From Candidatus Brockarchaeota archaeon (GTDB lineage: Archaea > Thermoproteota > EX4484-205 > JAAOZP01), in NCBI GenBank assembly GCA_017601245.1, contig JAFNJB010000056.1, positions 4,002 to 68,001 of the forward strand: a DNA stretch of 64,000 nt, written 5' to 3'. The notes beneath the pieces are model-generated. The model was not told where the DNA came from, did not search any database, and saw nothing but the letters and a program-made list of their open reading frames with translations. Position numbers and translations under genes: made by a program. Shown piece by piece: positions 57,433 through 64,000 of this stretch (position 1 is the first letter of the stretch; every line of letters begins with the position of its first letter).

Positions 57433-58764
57433 ATGGAGCCACTTTCCAAAAGGTTTGTGGAGGACAGGTTGAAGGTTCAGAATCCCTGGTGGGAATTGAA
57501 AACTATTCCCGCGGAACTCGCAGGCAGGAGGAGAGATGTGGATTTTGAAGAGATGTCTGAGGGAAAGGAGATTAGAATCCTGTTCGGAGTCAGGAGATGT
57601 GGGAAGTCAACCCTGCTTTTTCAAATCATGAGTCACCTGGTTGAGCAGGGTGTAGACCCGTTAAACCTGCTGATGTTAAACTTCGATTTTGAAAGGTTTA
57701 GAAAAATTCCTCTCGATGAGGTTTTCAAAGCGTATTTGGAGTTATCGGGAGCCTCGCCGAGAAACGTCAACCTGTTTCTTGATGAAGTTCATTTCCGGGA
57801 GGATTGGCCACGTTTTACGAGAAGATTGTACGACATGAAAGAGGTTAACAGGATTTTCATCACGGATTCTTCCTCAAAGCTCCTGAAAGGCGAGTATGCA
57901 AGGATTCTAACTGGAAGAACGATTAAACACGAGGTTTTTCCGCTCTCATTCAGAGAGTTCTTGAGTTTCCGCGGGATCTCAGCGGAGGTTAAGCCTCTTT
58001 CCTACAAGACTGAAGCTAAGGTTAAAAACCTGTTGCGAGAATACTTAGAGTTCGGCGGGTTCCCGGAGGTTGTTCTTAAGAATGAAGTCCTCAGGTACAG
58101 GATTCTCCAAGAGTATTTCAGCGACATAATCTACAAAGATGTGACGGAGAGGTTTAACCTTGATGCAAGCATTACGTATGAAGTTGCAAAGTTCCTAATT
58201 ACAAACGTGTCTAAATACGTTACTCTAAGGTCGTTGAGAAAAGGTTTTGGAATAGGCCTGGAGACAGCGTCTAGGATTCTGCAGGCCTTAGAGGAGGTTA
58301 GGCTGATAAATCTCTTAAGACCATTCTCGCTTTCCCTAAAATCTCAAGTTAAGGGGATAAAGAAAGCATACGTTATAGACACCGGACTGTCGAACGCAGC
58401 CGGGTTCAGGTTTAGCGAGAACTTTGGGAAACTGGTTGAAAACACAGTCTTCCTGCACTTGAGGAGAATGCAGTCTAAAAATCCTCTGCTCGAGATTTTC
58501 TACTGGAGGGACTACCAGCAGAACGAGGTTGACTTCGTTGTTAAGAACGGGGTTGAAGTTAAACGATTGATCCAAGTAACTTATGCCTCTGGCAGGGATG
58601 AGATTGAGAAAAGAGAGATAAGAGCTTTAACTAAGGCAAGCGACGAACTAGGATGCAATGAACTCTCAATAATAACCTGGGATTATGAGGATGAAATCAA
58701 AACCAACGATAAAACGATAGAATGTATCCCGTTATGGAAATGGCTGCTTTCCAAGCCTCAGTGA
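57433..58764 (+). CDS. AAA+ ATPase of the DUF4143/COG1373 family
   Basis: Walker A GVRRCGKST, Walker B LFLDEVH, C-terminal DUF4143-like module. Confidence 0.7.
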   Translation: MEPLSKRFVEDRLKVQNPWWELKTIPAELAGRRRDVDFEEMSEGKEIRILFGVRRCGKSTLLFQIMSHLVEQGVDPLNLLMLNFDFERFRKIPLDEVFKAYLELSGASPRNVNLFLDEVHFREDWPRFTRRLYDMKEVNRIFITDSSSKLLKGEYARILTGRTIKHEVFPLSFREFLSFRGISAEVKPLSYKTEAKVKNLLREYLEFGGFPEVVLKNEVLRYRILQEYFSDIIYKDVTERFNLDASITYEVAKFLITNVSKYVTLRSLRKGFGIGLETASRILQALEEVRLINLLRPFSLSLKSQVKGIKKAYVIDTGLSNAAGFRFSENFGKLVENTVFLHLRRMQSKNPLLEIFYWRDYQQNEVDFVVKNGVEVKRLIQVTYASGRDEIEKREIRALTKASDELGCNELSIITWDYEDEIKTNDKTIECIPLWKWLLSKPQ

Positions 58765-59004
58765 CAGCATGAAACAGTCCCTGTCTCTACCACGAGTTTA
58801 TTATACAGTTCTCTTACCGTCTTCTCTATTCTTTTTCCATCATTCTTAACAACGTGTGAAAACTTGTTAATAAGAGCATACGGAAAGGGGAAAAATTGGA
58901 AGGGGTTACATTATTCAGCGTAGAGCACAAACAGTTTTAAAATGATCTAAATGGATACAACAAACCGTAGGAATCGTAGAATTAAGAAAAAGTATAGAAA
59001 TATT

Positions 59005-59130
59005 TATCCAGATGCTTGTCTAACCTTCTTCCTACCAGTCTTCCTGGGAGCAATCAAACCAACCTTAGCACCAGGCGGAGCATTACGGCTAACAGAAGTA
59101 GAACCCCCTACGTGGTAGTGATAATATTCT
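59005..59130 (-). pseudogene. rpl2: Relic of the 3' end of ribosomal protein L2 (about 40 codons)
   Basis: Own translation: EYYHYHVGGSTSVSRNAPPGAKVGLIAPRKTGRKKVRQASG*. Matches the universal uL2 C-terminus (H.HGGG...STVSRNAPPG.KVG.IAARRTGR). Bounded by stop codons. Confidence 0.5.
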
Positions 59131-59179
59131 TACGAGAAAGTATGTGCTCGCATCCAAATCGCATGCTTACTTCACTCAG

Positions 59180-59770
59180 CTATAATCCTATGATGTGAAA
59201 CCACATTTTAACGTTATACTGCTTATGAATATCATATGCTTTTTTAAAGAATTCACCCCATGCTTTCATAAAACTATTCATAGAATCAATATGATGGTCG
59301 ATACGTTGATCAGAAGTCATCTGCTTCTCTTGACAAGGTATTCCGAATCTCCTAATATCCTCTTCAGCTATCATTCTGTCCTCTAGATTATCTTTAGAGA
59401 AGAAAACCTTCGTTAGCAGCATCTTTAATTCATCATCTACTTCTTTAACCTCTAAGACTTCGATTGGCCAGAAAATCTTTAAACCAGGACCATTAGTTTT
59501 TGGATCAACTCTAATATTGTCTGGGCATTTCCTGATAATAACCTTAACTTTATTCATCAAGTAAGAAACATAAGGATCCTTCTTAACTTCCTCGACTTCT
59601 TTCTCTCCATAAGCATAAGCCGAGCGAATAATAGCAGGAACATATTTCAATCTCTTTCTCTCCATAAGCCAAGAAGAACCCGTTGCAGGCATCCATATTT
59701 TCTCTAACTCCTCTTTTATTTTCCCTCGTATTTTAGGCGCAGGCTTAATCACCATCCAGTATTCGGTCAT
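59180..59770 (-). CDS. Hypothetical 196-aa protein, co-transcribed downstream partner of the giant gene
   Basis: 6-nt spacing from giant ORF stop. Has a decayed paralog 2.5 kb away. Confidence 0.5.
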   Translation of the reverse strand: MTEYWMVIKPAPKIRGKIKEELEKIWMPATGSSWLMERKRLKYVPAIIRSAYAYGEKEVEEVKKDPYVSYLMNKVKVIIRKCPDNIRVDPKTNGPGLKIFWPIEVLEVKEVDDELKMLLTKVFFSKDNLEDRMIAEEDIRRFGIPCQEKQMTSDQRIDHHIDSMNSFMKAWGEFFKKAYDIHKQYNVKMWFHIIGL

Positions 59771-59776
59771 TTTACT

Positions 59777-62700
59777 CTATCCTTCATATTTCACGCCACC
59801 TATAAAAACCTCTATAACGTCTGGATATCTCCTCATGAGCTCAACTAAATATTCAAATAGCCTCTCAGCTTCTGGCTCTTGGGGAGCGTGCAGAAAGCTG
59901 TAAATCAGCTTCCAATTATTTTCATCAGCAATTTCAAGATATTTATCAGCTTGGCCTATAAGGTTTCCTGATTCTTCATCTCCGTGTTTACATTCTACTA
60001 TTGCTATCCTTTTGTCTGGTGTTTCCGTTTTAAAATCGAAGTATACATATCTCCTATTACCTAAGTCATATAGACTCTCCTCCTCCAGAATGATATACCC
60101 TAATTTTTCTAAGAGTTCTTTTGTAAACAGCTTTGCAGCAACATGTTGAGACTCGCTTAACACTTTATCTGGAAGAGGCTTGCTTAAGCTTATTACCTTC
60201 CTATGAATCCCCTTGTTATCCTTATATTCAACAACTATTGTATCTTTAAATGCGTACTCGAAAACTTGATTATTTTCACTCAACTTAATCTTAAGCTCCC
60301 CATAGTATTTGATCGGGTTTATTTCCGGTGCTCGTGTTCTTATCGCTAAAGCCAGCTTTGAGGATACTGATTTACCGTCCCTGCCTACATCAATACGAAA
60401 CAGGATTTTTTCACTACTATGCAGAGTTACCTCGAGAATTGGACCATACCCGCTGAGCTCTCTGAAACGGGCTTCGCTTACCTTGAAACCGTTACCGTCG
60501 CTCATACCCTCGACACCGTAGAACTTCAAGTATTCCCCGGAGAGTTCTGCTCTAACACTTCCATCAGAGCTTACTGCGCTAAGCCCGTTCTTCCTTACGA
60601 TTAGTATTCCGAGAACCTCTTCAGCCTCTTTAATCTTGAACTCTGCGTCCGCGCTCTGAGTCCACGCTGAATCTACTCCACCGTCAACCCTACGGTATAC
60701 TATTCCAAGTACCGCGTCCCTATTGCTCAGCTCTTCTCCAAGCCTACGATACTCTTCGCCTATAATTCTCTTCATCATCCCGCTTACGTCAAGGTACTTC
60801 TGGCCACTCCTTATCTCTATGACGTGCTCATCATTGCTTAAGAACACTATTGGTTCTTGAGGGATCCTCCTGTTTAGAGTTATGATTCCACCATACCTGT
60901 CTGAGCCCTCCTCCCTGAGGAATAGGAGCCTTGCCACCTCGCCTCCAGCACCATCTCTCACGGTTTTCAGCTCAACCTCGCCTATCATCGTTCTCCCCCC
61001 ACCGGAGACCAGCATCAGCCTTCCTCCCTCAGTTACTCTGAGCTCGAGCTGCTCCCCGTCTGCATTCGTAACCATGAACCTGATTAGGGCTGAGCCTGCG
61101 TACTCATCCAGTCTCCCCGCGAGCCCCTCAATAATCCTGCCGGTTCTAGTATCAACTAAGTATGCATTGAAGCCGTCTGCCTTCACGAATTTCGACGGGT
61201 ATCTGGCAAGGAAATCATCTATGGTCGCCGGCTTCAAGACTGTTAAGTATGTGCAGCCACTTCTTATCCTGCCGGTTGTTTCCACGGAGGAGAAGCGCAG
61301 GCTCTCCTGCCCATTCACAATCCTCCTTATCTTGTCTACGATAATGCTGCCATCATCAGGATCGTGGACTAAAACAAGGTAAACACCCTCGGGGATATTC
61401 TTAGGAAGCAACAGCCTATCCGAATCGTGGGAGGTTGCAATGAATATTATTGCTCCGCTTTCAAGACTTGCATGCCACGTGTTGAGAAGCCCAGGATCCT
61501 TAACTATAGTATTCAAGAAGGCTTTTGCAACAGTTTCTCCGTAGCTCTCTTTGACTACCAGGTAGGTGTTTAATAGCCTAAGCCTGTTTTCAAAGCTTTC
61601 CCCAACCTTAGCCAGGGCTCTCCCAATGTTTTCAAGCTCTTCCGGGTTTAGCTCAACTGTTCTGGAGAGGAGCCTAGTAGCCTTAGGCAGAGACCACTGG
61701 TCTCCGAGCCCCAGCCAGTTTAGAAGTTCTTCTCCAAACATTCTCGACTTCCGAAATACTCTGCCTATGTCTTCGACAGCCTCGTCTCCGCAACCCGCCC
61801 AAACCGAGACGATTACTCTAACAACCCTACCGCCTTCGACTCTCAGCTCCTCCAGAGAGTATTCTTCAAAGACCAGCCCGATGACGTCCAGTATCTTCCT
61901 CGCGCTCTCCCTTCTCGGAACATTCTCTAGCACTTGCTTCGAAAGCCTTGAGGAAGCGTCAATGGTTTCCTCGAGAATGGAGGGGTCTTCTCCCACCTTC
62001 TCCAGCAGGCTTCCAATGGCTTCGCCGAACCCCCTGCTATACTTGTTTCCCAGAAGGAGGTCTACGATCCTTCCTGCGGAGCCCCTTATCCTCCCCCAGG
62101 TGAGAGTAATAGCATCCCATACGGCTGGTGTTACCCAGTTGTAGACCCCCCTTGCTATTGTTCTCAGTATCTGGCTTGTTGTTAATCTTTGACCTATTCT
62201 CTCAGCCTTCACTCTGTTAACCATTACGAAAAGCGTGACGTAGAGCATACAGGAGACTACTGCGCCTGTGACTCTTCCCCTCGCGTATCCTATCTTATAC
62301 TGCTTCTCAAGCTCGTTCTCAGCTATTGGTTCCTTTAGACCCAGTGCTATTCTTATCTCATCCAGGCTGACGCCGAAGGCGAGGTTTGAGAAGACGTTAA
62401 GCCCTATGTTGCTCATAGTTTCATTTGCTTCTCTCCTCGACGCTACTGCAAGCTCCATGCATTCGGCAGCATGCTCAACCTCGCCTCTGGCCAGGAATTC
62501 TCCAGCTCGTTTTTCAAAGGCCTCAGCGAAGGCGAGCATTTCCTCCCTAGCTTTGTAGGCTTCTTCAACATCTGAAGCCACTTCCATGAGGTTCGACAAT
62601 ACGTCAATACCCAGCATGAGATAGTAAGCATATCTCACGTATGCCTTTGGGATCAGGAAGCTTACTGCAATCATCATACCAGCGGTAATAGCTATCCCCG

Positions 62701-64000
62701 GCAGCTTTGTTAGCAGGCCATCCCAGAAGCCCTTCCAAAACACCGCCGTCTTAAGGGCGAGGGAAACCTTTACTGCCGCAACTACTCTACCATCTTTAAC
62801 GAGTTCGAAAACAGCCTCTCCAACCGCGGGCTCCCGCTGGATTAGTAAAACGGAGCCCGTAGAAGTTTTGTTTAGAGTAATGCTCCCGCTGCTCTCTCTG
62901 GTCTGAGTAAAGAAGAGGAAGTGGTTTGTAGCCGTCTTAAGCCTAAGCGAGTAGCTTACGTTAGTGTTTGCATAATTCCTCAGGGCTATGCCGTGTAGTA
63001 ACTCCCCCCTGTTAATTTTCAGAGGACTGTAGAATAGTTTGATGGATTTGCATTCGCCGATTGTCCTACTCGTTACAGTGTATCCCCAATCCACCTCGCC
63101 CGAGTCGATGAAAATGCTGTTCCCCCTCTTCCACCCGAGCCTAGCCAACTGCTCATACTCTTCGCTTGAAACCCATACCGTCTCATTGCTTACTTTTTCT
63201 CCGACGAACCTTACACTCCAACCCATAGCTCCGCTCTGGTTAAGCTTCCCGTAGAAGGGATGTTGGGAAAGAACCTTCAACTCGTCTTCGCTCAAAACCC
63301 TGCTTAGGATCGTTTTCTCAATGCCCGTGGTCTTATTGAAACACAGCAGAAACGTGTTCTTGAAGTCGTCTACGATTAATTCCACCGTTAAGCTTCCACC
63401 ATTAGTCCACTTTATCCAATGCTCCGAGACATACTCGCCCTCCCTCAAGACAAGCCAGGGTAGAACTATCCATCCGCCACCGTGCCCTATAACCAGCTTA
63501 ACCCGCTCAGTATCCTTCGTAACCTTCAGGTTCTTACGCATATGGAGCCAATAGTAGTCAACCTCCCTCCCGTTGAAATTAATCCTGTAAGCCTTATGCT
63601 CTAGAATCTCCAAGCTTAACACAATGCCGTAGAGGGGCATGTTGAAGAATAACCGTGAGGAAACAGGACTACCCAGGTCCGGGAGGTAAGCATTGATCAC
63701 ATTACCTTTAAAATCGCCATCTACGCTTAACACTGCCTTCGATAAACCACCTGTCTCGCCAGCGTAAGTTACGTTGTAGAGCTTGCGGGCATTTAGCGAA
63801 ATATTATAGTACCTTATGCAGGTCACGTTGTAAAGCTTGACTCTCTTCTTAACACCCTTAACCTCGTAGTAAGCAGAGGGTAGAGGGAAATTACAGACTA
63901 ACGGGATTTCAACAGAAACCTCCCCGTCGTCAAGATTACGTGAAACACGAAGATTGGAGTAGTCGACTAAAACACGATTGTCATTGATTTGAAGCTCCCT
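59777..64000 (-). CDS. Giant membrane protein (longer than 1400 aa, N-terminus beyond window) with sequon-rich extracellular N-domain, TM helices and cytoplasmic C-terminal PD-(D/E)xK nuclease-like domain
   Basis: Frame stays open from 63826 to 64000, so the track GTG start is internal. Hydrophobic helices GIAITAGMMIAVSFLIP, YYLMLGIDVLSNL and VTGAVVSCMLYVTLFVMV. C-terminus YVYFDF..PDKRIAIVECKHG..QADKY. Confidence 0.7.
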   Translation of the reverse strand, partial: RELQINDNRVLVDYSNLRVSRNLDDGEVSVEIPLVCNFPLPSAYYEVKGVKKRVKLYNVTCIRYYNISLNARKLYNVTYAGETGGLSKAVLSVDGDFKGNVINAYLPDLGSPVSSRLFFNMPLYGIVLSLEILEHKAYRINFNGREVDYYWLHMRKNLKVTKDTERVKLVIGHGGGWIVLPWLVLREGEYVSEHWIKWTNGGSLTVELIVDDFKNTFLLCFNKTTGIEKTILSRVLSEDELKVLSQHPFYGKLNQSGAMGWSVRFVGEKVSNETVWVSSEEYEQLARLGWKRGNSIFIDSGEVDWGYTVTSRTIGECKSIKLFYSPLKINRGELLHGIALRNYANTNVSYSLRLKTATNHFLFFTQTRESSGSITLNKTSTGSVLLIQREPAVGEAVFELVKDGRVVAAVKVSLALKTAVFWKGFWDGLLTKLPGIAITAGMMIAVSFLIPKAYVRYAYYLMLGIDVLSNLMEVASDVEEAYKAREEMLAFAEAFEKRAGEFLARGEVEHAAECMELAVASRREANETMSNIGLNVFSNLAFGVSLDEIRIALGLKEPIAENELEKQYKIGYARGRVTGAVVSCMLYVTLFVMVNRVKAERIGQRLTTSQILRTIARGVYNWVTPAVWDAITLTWGRIRGSAGRIVDLLLGNKYSRGFGEAIGSLLEKVGEDPSILEETIDASSRLSKQVLENVPRRESARKILDVIGLVFEEYSLEELRVEGGRVVRVIVSVWAGCGDEAVEDIGRVFRKSRMFGEELLNWLGLGDQWSLPKATRLLSRTVELNPEELENIGRALAKVGESFENRLRLLNTYLVVKESYGETVAKAFLNTIVKDPGLLNTWHASLESGAIIFIATSHDSDRLLLPKNIPEGVYLVLVHDPDDGSIIVDKIRRIVNGQESLRFSSVETTGRIRSGCTYLTVLKPATIDDFLARYPSKFVKADGFNAYLVDTRTGRIIEGLAGRLDEYAGSALIRFMVTNADGEQLELRVTEGGRLMLVSGGGRTMIGEVELKTVRDGAGGEVARLLFLREEGSDRYGGIITLNRRIPQEPIVFLSNDEHVIEIRSGQKYLDVSGMMKRIIGEEYRRLGEELSNRDAVLGIVYRRVDGGVDSAWTQSADAEFKIKEAEEVLGILIVRKNGLSAVSSDGSVRAELSGEYLKFYGVEGMSDGNGFKVSEARFRELSGYGPILEVTLHSSEKILFRIDVGRDGKSVSSKLALAIRTRAPEINPIKYYGELKIKLSENNQVFEYAFKDTIVVEYKDNKGIHRKVISLSKPLPDKVLSESQHVAAKLFTKELLEKLGYIILEEESLYDLGNRRYVYFDFKTETPDKRIAIVECKHGDEESGNLIGQADKYLEIADENNWKLIYSFLHAPQEPEAERLFEYLVELMRRYPDVIEVFIGGVKYEG

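Noticed and set aside
59016-59198. 60-aa plus-strand ORF
   Set aside because: The opposite strand here encodes the recognisable L2 C-terminal relic and the end of the 196-aa gene. The plus-strand ORF is a shadow.
56643-59290. Possible CRISPR array or IS terminal repeats suggested by the perfect 104-nt direct repeat
   Set aside because: There are only two copies 2.5 kb apart, no short regular spacer-repeat periodicity, and the repeat is the coding 3' end of paralogous genes. No transposase or integrase ORF lies between them. Interpreted as paralog gene conversion instead.
60882-62144. 166-aa and 192-aa plus-strand ORFs inside the giant gene
   Set aside because: Ser/Pro/Thr-rich antisense translations of the giant ORF. 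The minus-strand frame is far longer and coherent.

Overview
Dense archaeal chromosomal segment, about 50% GC, with hyperthermophile-style codon usage and a crenarchaeal/TACK-like gene order. SecY is not followed by adk, and an S13-S4-S11-RpoD-L18e-L13-S9-RpoN-S2 block is present. Almost everything from 0.7 to 55.6 kb is core metabolism and information processing, mostly on the minus strand. (1) A complete aromatic amino-acid operon uses the archaeal ADH route and is fused to asd and aspartokinase. It reads pheA-aroC-aroA-aroK-aroE-aroD-DHQ synthase II-ADH synthase-asd-ask. (2) leuA/cimA, L15e and a D-2-hydroxyacid dehydrogenase follow. (3) Next come an Obg/DRG-type GTPase, S3Ae, a methanogen-type-SerRS-like class II aaRS, Pcc1, a RecJ/Cdc45-like DHH protein, S15 and Ham1. 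(4) thrC-hom and a catalytically degenerate aspartokinase paralog form a threonine cluster. (5) The KEOPS genes Bud32 and Kae1 are followed by the conserved block S27ae-S24e-DPCK(DUF359)-Spt4-Rpo7-PIN-aIF2gamma-S6e-aIF5B. (6) Then adk-L24e-S28e-L7Ae, GluRS, IPP isomerase type 2, mevalonate kinase, a MEMO-like protein, and the S2...S13 RNA polymerase/ribosomal operon, in which S11 is inverted. (7) An intron-containing tRNA-Ser is followed by Cbf5 (apparently frameshifted), L14e, cmk, DUF106 and the SecY...L22-S19 ribosomal superoperon. At about 55.6 kb the ribosomal superoperon stops abruptly after S19, with no L2/L23/L4/L3. An AT-rich accessory island replaces it to the window edge. The island carries a double-zinc-ribbon membrane protein, a decayed and an intact copy of a 196-aa gene sharing a perfect 104-nt repeat, a DUF4143 AAA+ ATPase, and a 40-codon relic of the rpl2 3' end. 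It ends in a giant membrane protein (longer than 1400 aa, running off the window) with a PD-(D/E)xK nuclease-like C-terminus. That giant protein is the best candidate for an undescribed system. Several essential genes (aIF2gamma, L24e, Cbf5) show start-codon or frame anomalies. These may be real biology or draft-assembly errors. All identifications rest on motif and sequence recognition by eye. No database search was possible.
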